In this document: positions 1-13,475 of the stretch, one piece after another
How the letters are laid out: each line of letters starts with the position of its first letter
Position numbering within the stretch: position 1 is the stretch's first letter
Source of the DNA: Carcharhinus amblyrhynchos
Taxonomy: Eukaryota
Assembly (NCBI GenBank): GCA_965287045.1
Contig: OZ336872.1
Coordinates: 112,530,001-112,594,000 of the forward strand
DNA: 64,000 nucleotides
Direction of reading: 5' to 3'
Translations under genes and position numbers: made by a program
Notes under the pieces: model-generated
What the model was told of the DNA's origin: nothing
The model's database searches: none
What the model saw: only the letters and a program-made list of their open reading frames with translations

Positions 1-497
1 TCTCCACCACTCTGTCCACCTGTGACTCCACTTTCAAGGAGCTATGAAAATAGATCTCTTTGTTCCGTGACTCTCCCCAACACCTGACCATTAACTGAGT
101 AAGTCCTGCCCTGGTTCAATCTACCAAAATGCATCACCTCGCATTTGTCTAAACTAAACTCCATCTGCCATTTGTCAGCCCACTGGCCCAATTGATCAAG
201 ATCCCATTGCAATTGGAAATAACCTTCATTGTCCACTATGCCACCAATCTTACTAACCATACTTCCTATGTTCACATCTAAATCATTAATATAAATGACG
301 AATAACAGTGGACCCAGCACTGATCCCTGAGGCACACCATTGGTCACAGGCCTCCAGTTTGAAAAACAACTATCTACAACCACCCTCTGGCTTCTGTCAA
401 GGGTGAGGTATCTAAGTGAGGTACCCATTTAGATACCTTACCCTGGATCCTATGAGATTTAACCTTATGCAACAACCTACCATGCAATACTTTGTAA
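1..497 (-). mobile_element. CR1-clade LINE, reverse transcriptase fragment (decayed, runs off the window start)
   Basis: ORF 42-428 encodes CR1 RT motifs: SQRVVV..WRPVTNGVPQGSVLGPLLFVIYINDLD..WADKWQMEF..KCEVMHFG. The FADDTK segment is deleted. Confidence 0.93.
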
Positions 498-649
498 CGA
501 ATTTTTTTTTTATGCGCACAGGATGTCATATTGGTAAATGAGGACTCCAAAATGGCTTGGGACTCAGGGTATTTCCCATCAATCTACTATTTTGAGCCAA
601 AAGATACATTAACAGATTTTTTTCCAACACCCTCAAAACAAAATTGGCT

Positions 650-1722
650 TCTTAATAGAAGCCAGAAGGTGGTTGTAGAGAATTGTTTTTCTAACTGAAG
701 GCCTTTGACCAGCAGTGTGCCTCAGGGATCAGTGCTGGGTCCAGTGTTATTTGTCATTTATATTAATGATTTGGATGAGAATATAGGGGGCATGGTTAGT
801 AAGTTTGTAGATCACACTAAGATTGGACGCATAATGGACAGTGAAGAAAGTTATCTCCAATTGCAATGAGATCTTGATCAATTGGGCCAGTGGGCTGACA
901 AATGGCAGATGGAGTTTAATTTACACAAGTGCAAGGTGATGCATTTTGGTAAATTGAATCAGGACAGGACTTACTCAGTTAATGGTAAGACGTTGGGGAG
1001 AGTTACAGAACAAAGAGATGTAGGGGGTACATGTTCATAGCTCCTTGAAAATGGAGTCACAGGTGGACAGCGTGGTGAAGAAGGCATTTGGCATGCTTGG
1101 TTTCATCGGTCAGAATATTGAATACGGGAGTTGGAATGTCTTGTTGAAGTTGTACAAATCATTGGTAAGGCCACACTTCTGTGCGCAATTCCGGTCATTC
1201 TATTATAGAAAGGATATTATTAAACTAGAAAGAGTGCAGAAAAGATTTACTAGGATGCTATTGGGACTTGATGGATTGAGTTATAAGGAGAAGCTGGATA
1301 GACTGGGACTTTTTTCTCTGGAATGTAGGAGGCTGAGGGGTGATCTCATAGAAGTCTATAAAATAATGAGGGGCATAGATCAGCTAGATATTTTTCCCCA
1401 AAGGTTGGGGAGTCTAAAACTAGAGGGCATGGGTTTAAGGTGAGAGGGGAGAGATACAAAAGTGTCCAGAGGGGCAGTTTTCTCATACAGAAGGTGGTGA
1501 GTGCCTGGAATGAGCTGCCAGAGGTAGTGGTAGAGACGGGTACAATTTTGTCTTTTAAAAATAATTTAGATAGTTACATGGGTACAATAGATATAGAGGG
1601 ATATGGGCCAAATGCAGACAATTGGGATTAGCTTAGGGGTTTTAAAAGAAAGGACGGCATGGACAAATTGAGCCAAAGGGCCTGTTTCCATGCTGTAAAC
1701 CTCTATGGCTTTATGACTCTAA
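650..1722 (+). mobile_element. CR1-clade LINE 3' part (RT, C-terminal region and 3' tail), decayed
   Basis: GVPQGSVLGP-like coding at ~715-740. ORFs 1045-1443 (KKAFGMLGFI..LYKSLVRPH..LERVQKRFTRM..RRLRGDLIEVYKI) and 1440-1631. CR1 tail GGGCCTGTTTCCATGCTGTAAACCTCTATG. Confidence 0.93.
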
Positions 1723-1724
1723 TA

Positions 1725-3200
1725 GCTTGCCTTTGTGTAACACCTCGATGTAATGAAGCACCCTAAGATGCTTCTCTTAGGTCAATTGGCAGGTGACTTA
1801 GAACAACTTTCCCTAAAGTACAGGTGAAAACATAAGCCTGCAGGGGTTTTTAAAGACAATGAGGGAAGTAATGAAGCAAAAAGGTTTAGGAATGGAATTC
1901 AAGCAGATAAGTGCACAGATGGCTGAAAGGTCTGGTACCAAAAGAGAAACACAAAACGGACAAGATTTACTAAAATCAAAGGACAATGCAAAGTCCAAAG
2001 ATATTGTTTAGATGGAATGGCCATGCTAAGTTGCCCCTTAGTATCCAAGAATGTGTTAGGTAGATTAGCAATGGTAAATGCACAGGGTTACAGGTATAGA
2101 GCAGAGGGGAATGCCTGGGTGGAATGCTCTTTTGGAGAGTTGTTGCAGACTCAATGGGCCAAATGGCCTTTTTCTGAACTGTAGGGATTCTATGTAGGCT
2201 AGAACATAGATCTCAGGGGTAGAGTATCGCATTTGTAAACAATAACAAGGATTTTAAATTTGGTGCTTTGAAAGACAAGCTGCTACTGTAAGTTAACTAT
2301 AATGAGGATTATGGGGAATCATAACTTAGTGCAAGACAAGATCTACAAATTAACTTGGAGTTGTAAGGGGAAATGCAGGAAAGTAGCCAGAAATACAAGT
2401 CTTGAAGTAATGCTGGCATGGTTTCAGTGGCAATAAAGGTTGGATAGTGGACAATATACAATTTTTGTCATTGATGAGACCTGGAATTTTAAACTCAGCA
2501 ATAGGTCAAATATGGAAGCTGAACCAAGTGGTGCAAAACCAGTGTGAGCAACTGGGAAGGGGCAGAGAGAGAGAACAATGATGTGGAAACAAGGTAGGGT
2601 GCAAAATGAAAAATTAGGGTTTGCCTAATGTTCAACTGAAGAGAAAGTTAAGGTTCATCTATAATGGCATCAGATAAGATGTCTGACAAAGCAAGAATAG
2701 ATATGGAACTGAGGATGCTGGTGATAAAGTAGCATATGGTGTAACCACCAAAGACATCAAAATTCACCCCAGATCTGCTGACAGTATCTAATAGAGGTTG
2801 GATAGGGAACTTCAGGCATTCCAGTAGTGACAGTATGGAAAGGAGAAGAACAATCATTACTGAAAGTGCTGGCTCTTTTGGAATAAAGGAACAAACTAGA
2901 TTGAAGATCTCCCAAAGGTGAGCTACAGAGAAGATACAGTGATGGAAGATAGGATGGTTACGTGCCCTTCATGTCAGCCAAAAGCAGGAGAGTAGACGTA
3001 CAGTTACTGTAGTCATAGATGACATATAAGAGATGCTTGATAACATTTTGAGTCTTTTTGACCATTGATGGTGTGCCATTGTTTTGTATACAATTTGGCC
3101 ATGCAAATAATGAATAATTTGAATGTGAGCATGGATGAAGTAGATGTCTCGTTCCACAGCAAACCACCCAAGTTTCAAAGCCTTGCATTTGCCCAAAATT
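1725..3200 (-). mobile_element. Highly decayed L2-like LINE remnant, interrupted by a SINE fragment
   Basis: 1725-1980 resembles the reverse complement of the L2-type 3' end at 7530-7880. Purine-rich decayed sequence continues to about 3200; boundaries approximate. Confidence 0.45.
2010..2195 (+). mobile_element. HE1-type SINE, 3' fragment with CR1-like tail
   Basis: GGCCATGCTAAGTTGCCCCTTAGT body and GGGCCAAATGGCCT...CTGTAGGGATTCTATG tail, matching the copies at 13135 and 56478 in reverse. Confidence 0.75.
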
Positions 3201-4401
3201 ATCCTTTATACTCAGACTCAGGACAATCTGGAAGCATGTGAAGCAAATGAACTTGATAAAGTTGATTACCCAATCAAAACTACTGGGTTATGGTGATCAC
3301 CACTCTTGGCCTGAATCTATCTCAAAGCTGATTAACTTCCCATAGTAACTTTTCACTACTAGTGGAAGAAATTGCAGGTACAAATATCTGCCTTGAAAAA
3401 TATTACGAAGTATGAGCATACACTAAGTATTTTTCTTTTACCTTTATTTAAAGCATTTGCTGATGCACATATTATAGAAATATTGTTGTTGTTAGCGTAT
3501 CTTCACAGCCACGCTGTTTGTTGCCCCTTTGGGGAATAGTGAGGGAAGGATTTCTGAGCTGATTATCAGCCCTTCAACAGCTCCCATGTCTCTGTTCCTG
3601 CACTTTTGAAATTGTACCATTTGGTTTCTACTGCTTTTCCTCATTTTTCCTTTAAAAATCTTGGTACAGTCTGTATAAATAGGAATTTGGAGAGGTTATT
3701 TGCACGCTCCTTAATGAAAAGGTTTTGATGAATACATGTACCAAGAAGAGGAAAATTGTGTATAAGTTATGTAAAATTTTGCATTACATCTCTAATTTCT
3801 AGTTTTAGTTGAATCTGTATTAAATTTTCATAATCCATTCAAAAAACTCATCCCTTAAGCATTATGTAATTCATGAATATTAATACTTTGATAATTAGTG
3901 TGGCTATATTGTGCAATCATACTCCTTCAATGGCGGAATGGGGCGCGAGCTGATTAAAGTCTAATGCTTTGATCAGCTGAAGTTGCCCGATACCAGCAGC
4001 AGTCTCACACTAAAGCCATTAATGGATACTCCTGACACTTACCAAACCACTTGAATTTTTTTTCTCCCAGAGCACAGATCTCTGCTAGTTTACATCACTA
4101 GACTTTCATTAACAATCTATCAATGCAAGTTTAATGTGAAGTTATCGCTTGTGCTATTTACAGTGATGGAAAAAGTAGCAGCAGGTCACACTGGAAGTTT
4201 GTTTCATGGACAACAATCAGCACATTCACACTGTAAGACACGAGCAAAGAAAGAAAGACATTAAACATGAAAAATGCAAGTCATATATTACTTTGGCAAG
4301 ATCTGATACATCAGAGATGTTGGCAGAGGGGATTGGTTGGAAGTCTGAAGCAACCCGGGGGGACGGGATGATTTATTTTCTGGTTAATTGCCAGCAGACT
4401 A

Positions 4402-4655
4402 ACGGTGGCACAGTGATTTAGCACTGCTGCCTCACGATGCCAGGGGCTAAGGTTCGATTCCTGGCTTGGGTCACTGTTTGTGCATTCTCCCTGTTTCTGT
4501 GTGGGTTTCCTCTGGGTGCTCTGGTTTCCTCCCACAGTCTGAAAGATGTGATCCAAACAGGTGCCAAAATGTGGTGACTTGGGGAACTCCACAGTAACTT
4601 AATTGTATTGTTAATGTAAGCCTTATTTGTGACTAATAAATAAAGGTTAACTTTA
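4402..4655 (+). mobile_element. tRNA-derived HE1-like SINE, variant with the GTGAC-TAATAAATAAA tail
   Basis: A-box GGTGGCACAGTGA, B-box GGTTCGATTCC, body GGGTTTCCTCTGGGTGCTCTGGTTTCCTCCCACAGTC, tail TTGTGACTAATAAATAAA. Confidence 0.9.
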
Positions 4656-4774
4656 AAAAGATGTTATCCAAATAAAAGCCAATATTAATAATAGTTACAT
4701 GACAGTAACCAAAATGTTTTACTGTCCAGAATAGGTCAAGCGGTGGTGACCAATGTTATTACTGTAAATATCCA

Positions 4775-5466
4775 GGTTCAAAATTTGCTGTTGTGATCAT
4801 GGTAATCTTAATGCCACTTGCTTTTGAAATAGTGTAAATGGTTCTACAACCTATGTCAAGAAAAATATATCCTGTTAGTCACAAATTGCCACAAGCTGCT
4901 GGATGACCATACCACAATTAGCTTTGCACAAACCACAGCTTGCTTGAACCTCCCAGTCACTTTTAATAACTTGCTAGATTTGAAAACTAATTAGCCACTA
5001 AACGTACAAATTAATAGTGCATGTACTCTTTTAACAATGTGATAGTTGTTCATGACTGACAATTAACCACTCTGGCCCAGAAAACTACAACTTAAACTGT
5101 GGAGTGTCAATTCTTAAGGTATGAATTGTTGTAGGTTTTAAAGCATCTTTTTTTAAAAAACAAGTCCTCACTTTTCTTTTCTCATTTTTATCTCTCTCTT
5201 AATCCAATCTTTTGTCCCCTCTCATATTTCTCATTCTGTACCTGACTTGTCTAACACATTCGTTCAGTTGCTTCTCTGCTCAATTCTCAATTCTTAAATC
5301 TCATTGATTTAATTTGGCTCCACATTCAGTAAGGTCTAAAGTCATCCATTGTCCTATCACATCATCATCAGGTTTTACTTACAGCAAGTTAGGGTGCAAA
5401 ACAAATATTGAAATGTCTAACTAATGGTATATACCATAAGATGTACCAATCCAGCAAATTCTGGCC
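4775..5466. mobile_element. Putative non-autonomous DNA transposon (MITE-like) with imperfect terminal inverted repeats
   Basis: Left end GGTTCAAAATTTGCTG; right end CAGCAAATTCTGGCC (reverse complement GGCCAGAATTTGCTG). No coding capacity. Confidence 0.35.
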
Positions 5467-5854
5467 AATGGTCAATCACATTTGTTCATTAAGCCTGAAT
5501 CATTTTTCATGCTGTGCATCAATCTTTTACAAGTCATATTTTGACATTTTCAATTCACTTCCAATGTTCAACACTGATGGAATACTGGAGTTAAATGCAC
5601 TTTCACATGAGTATGGCTGTTCTTCTGGGAATAGCAAAATTCCTCTCCACTGCTGGAATGGTTAAAACCAAAACCACCCTGGAAAATGATAATATCACTT
5701 GGAAATTCTACACCACCAGAAATATTGATCCATAAGATATGTAGAGACACATGGAAATGAGCCTTTTGATCTAGCTAACCCAATCCAAATTGAAATACTA
5801 ACTTCCCTTCCTATTTCTTTATCTCCACAGAGAATGTCCTTCATCAGACGAGAG

Positions 5855-6060
5855 TCATAGAAACTTAGAACAGCACAGAAGGAGATTATTTGGCTTATCA
5901 AGTCTGGGCTGGCTCTTTCAAAGAACTAACCAGTTCGTCCCACAGTTCGTCCCACACCCCGATTCTTTTTCATATCCCTGCAGTGTTTTCTCCTTCAAGT
6001 ATTTGTCCAGTTGCTTTTTGTAAGGCTAGGGTTAACACTGTATCCACTATCCTATGGGAG
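5855..6060 (-). mobile_element. CR1 3' end fragment
   Basis: Reverse complement of the CR1 3'UTR/tail: CATAGAAACTTAGAACAGCACAGAAGGAG..GGCTCTTTCAAAGAAC..CTTCAAGTATTTGTCCAG. Confidence 0.7.
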
Positions 6061-7529
6061 CAGCACTGCTTCAAAGGGGTATATTACAAGAACCTGCACT
6101 GACAAGTCATTTGCTGTTGGACAAAATGCATCTTGCCATCTCACAAAGGGTACACATTTGAAATGATATTTACTGTCTTTACTTTTTGCATTGGTGAATT
6201 TCTCGCAGCATCAGTTTTCTATTACAGAATTCTGACTGTCTTTTCCCCTTTAAGCAATATAAGCTAGTCCATTATGCTAAGTGTATATGTTCAATGTAAA
6301 TTCTGTGAGAATGTAATTTTAAAAATGAATGACCCCACAGGCAATAGGTACTTTCTTGATATGAAGCTTTATTAGAGCTGGGGAAAGAAAGGAACAAACA
6401 AACAGCAGTTACACAGACGTTTGTCATTGTGACAGCAGTGGAGTAGCTCCTGGTTCGTTAGTATTGTGCAATCTAGTAGTTACAGGCCATTCAACTTTGT
6501 GCAGTGTAGTAGTTTCTGGATGATCAATCCAAGTGGTACTTTCTGGCCAGTGAATCTGTCCACAGTTTAATGATGTGAGCAGAGAACTTTTTTATATGAC
6601 CTGAATACTTTATACGATCGTACCTTCACATGCATGAAGATTCCACAAGGAGGTCATTGATCTCTATGATGAACATTGTACTGCTCGTAAAGCGTCAAAA
6701 ATGACAATATATCTCAGAACTTTCAAACAAGCTTATATTTTGAAAAACATTATTGGATGCACTATACACAAACACAATGGCAGATACTGGAGAAGGGAAC
6801 AAAGGTTGTAACTTAATCTCAGAGTGTATATATCACATTAAGTTTAGTGAAATATTATGGATATGAAAATATCAGTTTTCACTCCATATGCCTGTAGGGC
6901 AAATGTCATAACAACAGTCAGTAACTTAACTGACTCAGTCTCAATCGAGCAAGGCTGTAACTTTGCAACAGATGCCAAGGTACTAAATAAAATATAAAGA
7001 GAAAATGAAGAGTTTTTTTCATTACAGTTAACATGTTGCAACTAGATAACAGGATGCATAACTGAGCTGATAACTCAACTGTTATTCCATAAATTCTTAC
7101 TAATAAACTGCACATTAAATTATTTCCCTGCCATGCATTGTTTATAGAGCAGATATGGAGTTAATTTTGTTCAATAATAAAATGCTTAGTTTGAATTATT
7201 TATCTGTAGTCTAGATATCTACCAACATGAAAGGTAATTCTATACAATCATTATATTATGTCGACATCTCTCACCAGAGGTCACCATTAATCAGATGAAT
7301 TATTATGATGTGTTCTTGTTGCTTTTCCATTGACAAATTTCTACCCTCCTTTTTGAACTTCTACAGCCACCAGTCACCAAGCAGAAAATTACCAATTGCC
7401 CATAATTCACTGTGGGCCTCTATAGTGAACAATGACAGATTATTCAACTGGATGACGTACTGAGTTTCTAATCACATGTCCATGCCATCACTAAGGTTGT
7501 CTATTTACACTTCCATAATATCATCTCCA

Positions 7530-7880
7530 TCGCTGGCTCATCTGTTGCTTTAACCTTCATAGCTGCCTTTGTTTACCCCCAGACTTGAGTATTTCAATGC
7601 ACTCTTGGCCAGAATCCCACCTTCCACCCTGCATAAAACTGAGGTCATGAAATTCTGCTGCCTTATTATAAGTAACATCACGACTCTCCACCTCTCTTCC
7701 TTTCTCTTCCTTTAAGATGCTCCTTAAAACTTATCTCTCTGACAAAGCTTTTGATCATTTGCCCTAATCTCTCCTTTTGTGGCTCTGTGTCAAATGTTGT
7801 TTGGTAACGCTCCTATGAATCATTTAGGAATATTTCACTGCTTCCAAGGTGTCACAGAAATACAAGTTGCTGTTGTTAAT
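7530..7880 (+). mobile_element. L2-like LINE 3' fragment
   Basis: Decayed segment resembling HAFVTSRLDY.NALLAG, followed by an L2-type 3'UTR ending ATACAAGTTGCTGTTGTT. Confidence 0.6.
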
Positions 7881-8697
7881 GCTTCACAGTCAATCCTGTC
7901 TGTCCTCAACTGATGCCAGCATTCTCAGCATATGTCACAGGAGAGCAATCAACGATGAGAAATTGGTCTATGTTTTCCCCTTTCTAGTACAAGGAGGCTG
8001 AGGCAATTCTAATTGGAGCACTCCTATCATTACCTACCTAAGCTCAGGCTGGCTAATGCACGAATAAGCAGGGTTTAAACATTTTTGTCTCGAAGCCTCA
8101 ACAATTCTTAAAGCCATCAGTGGAGCTCATAATCTTTATGTGAGATGGCTTCAAACTGGTGGGCTCAAAACAGAGTTGTATTATTGTTGAAACATCAGAT
8201 AAATGCAAAAATTGTCTCATACCAATTTAGAAACTGCAGTGTAACTGGCCTATTAAGTTCATAATGTCAAATTAGCTTTGATAAATAGATCAGGAAGATC
8301 TAAAAGATAAAGTTTAGAAGAGACAGTTAAATTAACATTCATAAACCTCGTAAATAAACTAAAGTGCCAAATTAAGGAAGTCGTACACTTGCAATGTTAC
8401 CAAGTTTTAGTCTGGCAGCACTTATTTCATTAGATAAGAGTCAAGAAAATATTATTCATGAAGACCATCTAAATTCCTGAATCATGAAGAATGATTCAAT
8501 ATACTACTTTTCATCTTTCAGTATTATATTTCATTCTGTAGTCCAAAATCGGCAGTAGTCATTATATAACTTACCATATTGACAACCATATAATGGCCTA
8601 CAAATATGAAGCACCTCAGCTTCCATTTTCTCACCTTCCACTCTCTCTTTTTCTTACAATTATTGTGCAATGAAAATGACAAATTAACAATCTTGAT

Positions 8698-9540
8698 TTG
8701 GAATTTAATGTTGGCAAGTGTGAGGTGGTCCACTTTGGTAGGAATAATGGTAGGAAGGATTATTACTTACGTGGAGAAAAACTGCAGCAGGCGACAGTGC
8801 AGAGGGACCTCGGGGTCCTTGTGCATGAGTCGCAAAAACCCAGCCTGCAGGTGCAGCAGGTGGTCAGGAAGGCGAATGGGATGCTGGCCTTCATAGCGAG
8901 GGGGATTGAATATAAAAGTAGGGAGGTCTTGCTGCAGCTGTATAGGGCATTGGTGAGGCCGCAGCTGGAGTACTGTGTGCAGTTTTGGGCGCTGTACTTA
9001 CGCAAAGATATTTTGGCCTTGGAGGGAGTGCAGAGGAGGTTTACTAGGCTGATGCCGGAGTTGAGGGGGTTGAGCTATGAGGAGAGGCTGAATAAATTAG
9101 GCTTGTACTCGTTAGAGTTTAGAAGAATGAGGGGAGATCTCATTGAGACGTATAAGATGATGAATGGGATGGATAGGATAGAGGTGGAGAGACTCTTCCC
9201 GCTCAGAAAGGATAGTAGGACTAGGGGGCACAGCCTCAAGATAAAGGGGGGGCGGTTTAGAACGGAGTTGAGGGGGAACTTCTTCACTCAAAGGGTGGTG
9301 AATCTCTAGAATTCTCTGCCCGTTGAAGTGGTGGAGGCTACCTCGCTAAATATTTTTAAGACGCGGGTTGATGGGTTTTTGATAAGAGAGGGGATTAAGG
9401 GTTATGGGGAGAGGGCGGGAATATGGAACTGAGCCACGACAGATCAGCCATGATCTTATTGAATGGCGGGGCAGGCTCGAAGGGCTAGATGGCCTACACC
9501 TGCTCCTATTTCTTATGTTCTTACGTTCTTATTATGTTCT
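8698..9540 (+). mobile_element. Young 5'-truncated CR1 copy nested in the older CR1, with a 7-bp target-site duplication
   Basis: Clean 203-aa frame (KCEVVHFG..RDLGVLV..LEYCVQFW..RGDLIETYK), with one TAG where Trp of NLWNSLP is expected. (TTCTTATG)-like tail. TCTTGAT at both 8691-8697 and 9538-9544. Confidence 0.93.
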
Positions 9541-9760
9541 TGATGTAAAAAAGCCTTTAGGAAAGAGTGACCATAATATGATAGAATTTTACATGAAATT
9601 TGAAAGCATTCAAAAGTTCAATCGGTGACTAGGGTCATAAATTTAAACAGAAGAAACTAAGAAGGTATGAATGGCAAACCTGGGATTGTAGATGGGGAAA
9701 CTATGTTAAAAACTATGATATTAGTCAGGCAATGGCTAACATTTCAAGAACTAATACATA

Positions 9761-9885
9761 AGTCAGGATTCTCTGATGTCATTTGTCCCACAACCACTGC
9801 CAGCAGGAAGAGAGAATTTGGCACTCAGCCAAATGGAGTAGGACTGGAGAATCCCGGTCACAGGTGAGATTGGAAAATTTCTGCC
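9761..9885. mobile_element. Short GC-rich MITE-like element inserted in the old CR1
   Basis: Imperfect inverted ends AGTCAGGATTCT / AAAATTTCTGCC, flanked by ATA on both sides. Removing it rejoins the host as CTAATACATAGTTTACAAC. Confidence 0.5.
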
Positions 9886-12800
9886 ATAGTTTACAACAAA
9901 AATATATTCCTTTAATGCACAAAAACCCATCAAAGAATGTGTTCTAATTGTGGCTAATGAAAGAAATCAAGGATTGCATTAGATCAAAGGAAGAGACATA
10001 TAAAATTGTCAACAAAATGTTAAGCCTGATGATTGAGAGTATTTCAGAATTCTGCAAGGGAAGATCAAGAAAATGCTTGAGAAAGGAAAAGTATATGACA
10101 GTAAGCTGGTGAGAAATATAAAATGGACTGTAAAAACTTCTATAGTTATGTTTAAAAAATTAGCAAAAACAAATGTGGATCCATTACAAGTGGAGTCAGG
10201 AGAATTTATAAGGGAAATAAGTAAATGGCAGAGAAACTAAACTAATATTTTTGCCATGGTTTTGTACCCACATTCTCTGCAAATGCAAATACTGACATGG
10301 ATTCAAAATATTGTGAATCAGAAAATAAGAATCCTGCCAGTGAGATCTCAGTTTCTGATTTTCTCCTCCCCTCACTGGTGATGTAATGATGTAATGCCAC
10401 TCTATACATTTTAATGATTAGCAGGCTTCCTCGCCATTTCATCTCCCACCTTTGGAACTTCCCCTCGTCAATGTGATATCACATTGGTGAGGTTTACAAT
10501 TGCTTTTCACAAACATAGAGCAGTCAAGGGAAAGCTGTTGGGGGCACACAGATAAGTATAACCCCTGGCAGGAGAAAGACATGTCCATCAATGCCTGGGC
10601 ACTGATGCGGTAGCATCTCTGAGGGCATTGCCAGTGGCAGGACCTCTTGGTAGCTCCACTGAGGGGGTTCCCCTTATGCGTTGAGGAGTTGCCCCAGTGC
10701 TTGAGTGTTGAAAGAGGTGCCTGCAGAGATAATTGGTGGTCATCTTTCAAAATTCTATCAATTCTGGAATGGTTCCTGCAGATTGGAAAGTGGCAAATGA
10801 AATCCTAGGATTTAAGAAAGGAGAAAAAGAGAAAACAGCAAACTACAGGCCTGCTAGTCTGGCAAGTGTGGTGGGAAAAATGTTAGAATCTATTATAAAG
10901 CATGTGATAACACAACACCTAAAAAATTTGCAGAGTCAGGGTGGATTTATGAAGGGAAAGTCACGTTTTAACAAACCGTTGAAGTTTTTGAGGATGTTAC
11001 TAGCAGAATAGATAAGGGGGAACAAATGGATATGGTATATTTAGATTTTTGGAAAGTTTTTGATAAGGTCCCACACAAGAGGTTAGTAAACAAAATTAAA
11101 ACACGTGATATTGGGGTAAATATACTGACATGATTAAGAACTGATAAATTGATAGAAAACAGAGCATATGGATAAATAGGTCATTTTCAGGTTGGCTGTG
11201 ACTAATGAGGTAATACAAGGATCAGTGCTTGGGTCCCAGATGTTCACAACCGATTTTGATGATTTGCATGTGAGGGTTAAATGTGATATTTCCAAATTTG
11301 CAGATGACACAAAACTAGGTCAAATAGTGATTTGTGAGAAGAATGCAAAAATGATGCAAGGTGTTCTGGAGAGACTAAGCAAGTGGTCAAAGATTTGTTA
11401 AATGGTATACAATGTGCAGAAATATGAGGTTATCCATTTTGGTAGGAAAAACAGAAATATAGATAGTGAATGGTAAAAGGCTGGGAAGTGTTGAACTTTA
11501 AATGGTCTCCCTGTTCATGTGTCACTGAAAGCTAACATGTAGGTACATCAAGCAATTAAGAAAGTAAATGGACAGTTGGCCTTTTTACAAGAGGATTTAA
11601 GTATAGGAGTAAAGATATCTTACAGCAATGCCTTGGAGAGAGCACACCTGGAATATCACATACAATTTTGGTCTCCTTAAGATATTTTTGCCAAAAGAGA
11701 AATGAAGGTTCACCAAATTAATTCCTAGGACGGAGGGATTATCCTATAATGGAAGATTAAATAGACTGTGCCTTTATTGTCTTGAATCTAGAAGAATAAG
11801 AGATGATCTCATTCAAACATACAAAATTCTTACAGGGCTTGACAAGATGGATGGAGGAAGGATGTTTCCTCTTGGTTGGGGGTTCTAGAACCAGACAGCA
11901 TCATCTCAGAATAAGGGGCAGACTATTTAAAACTGAGATGAGGAGGAATTCTTCACTCAGAGGGCAATGAACCTTTGAAATTCTCTGCTGCCCAAGTCTG
12001 CGGAGATCCAGTCATTGACTATGTTCAAGACTGAGATTGATAGATTTTGAAACATTAAAAACATTGAGGGGTACGGGAATAATGCGGAAAATAGGGTTGA
12101 AGTAGAAGATCAGCCATGATTGCACTGAATGATGGAGCGGGTTATATTTATATATTTTTACAGGATCAACACGCATGCAAGTACAGTTCTATGGACACTA
12201 GTGGAGCTCTGGTATCTCACCCAGTAGTTAATCCTCATGTGCAAAACTAAACAGTTAATGTTGACAGCTATTCAAATATCAAGACATCACAGGCAAATCT
12301 GAATCTGTCAGCAGAAGTGTGCACGCGTACACCTGTTATAGTAGGAATCATTTGACGAGAATAAGAGGAAATTCTGGCTGATTTTACCTTTGATTACCAA
12401 AAGGTCGGGGGCTAATTGTTTCAAAAACCCCAGTTGAGATTACATAATTCATAGTGAACCAGGAATCAAAGTTTGGAGCTTACTGGCCCGAATGGCTCAA
12501 TGCCTGGGTCAGGCAATGCAGTTACCCGTCAGGCCATGAAGAAATTAAAAGCAGCTATTCATGCATACAGCATTATTTACAGTATTTATAATTATGCTTC
12601 TAAAGAATTAACGTTCTATAATATAGTCAGAATCAGTTCAGATTATGCCGCCATTTGCTATATTTCTAGTCTGCACTAGATCTTACATAATTAATTTTTG
12701 GCATTAAGATTTCTTGAGTCCCACCTTTTAGAATCAAAGTTAGAATAAAGGCTGAAAAGGAACGGGTTCTGCTAAAGGAATGAACAATGTTTTTCTAAAA

Positions 12801-13134
12801 AATACAAATCATTATGCTATACATGTACCCAAAAAATATATCAAATTTCCTTGACCTGGGGATATATATGCACAAATCATTGAAACTGGCAGGGCAAGTT
12901 AAGATTGTCATTAAACAGGCATATGGGATTCTAGGCTTTGTAGGTAGAAGCATAGTGTAAAGAAGCACAAATGTTATGATGAACCTTTAAAAAACATTGA
13001 TTCAGCCTCAACTAGAGCACCGTGTCCAGCTCTGGGCACTACAATTTTGAAAGGATAAGAGACTTTGTTGAGAGTGCAGAGGATTAACAAGAATACAGTT
13101 CCTCATCCTCGAAACCAGTTATGAGGATAGCTAG

Positions 13135-13460
13135 TCATAGAATCATAGAACCCCTACAGTGCAGAAGGAGGCCATTTAGCCCATTGAGTCTGCACTGACT
13201 CTCCGAGTGTCATACCCAGGATCTTATTCCCCCCTCTACATTTACCATGGCTAATCCATCTAACCTACGCATCTTGGGACACTAAGGTCAAATTTAGTGT
13301 GGCTATTTAATCTGCACATCTTTGGAGTGGGAGGAAACAGGAGCACCAGGAGGAAACCCAGGCAGACTCAGAGAGAATGTGTATCCACATAGATGGTCAT
13401 CCAAGGCCGGAATTAAGCCCTAGCGCTGTGAGGTACCAGTGTTAACCGCTGTGCCACCAT
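13135..13460 (-). mobile_element. HE1-type SINE with CR1-like tail
   Basis: Reverse complement reads GGTGGCACAGCGGTTAACACT..GGTTTCCTCCTGGTGCTCC..GCACTGTAGGGGTTCTATGATTCTATGA. Confidence 0.88.
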
Positions 13461-13475
13461 AGTAAAAATAGACAG

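Larger units (their letters stand above)
8660..12145 (+). mobile_element. Old, degenerate CR1 ORF2 (end of endonuclease, RT, 3' end) hosting later insertions
   Basis: PLGKSDHNMIEF (end of APE domain) at ~9553. RT pieces VPADWKVAN..NYRPASLASVVGKMLESII (10733-11011) and QGSVLG..SKFADDTKLG (11192-11401). 3' end GATCAGCCATGAT at ~12108. Many stops and frameshifts. Confidence 0.88.

Noticed and set aside
4402-4470. tRNA-like A and B boxes (also at the other SINE heads)
   Set aside because: They are SINE heads continuous with SINE bodies, not tRNA genes.
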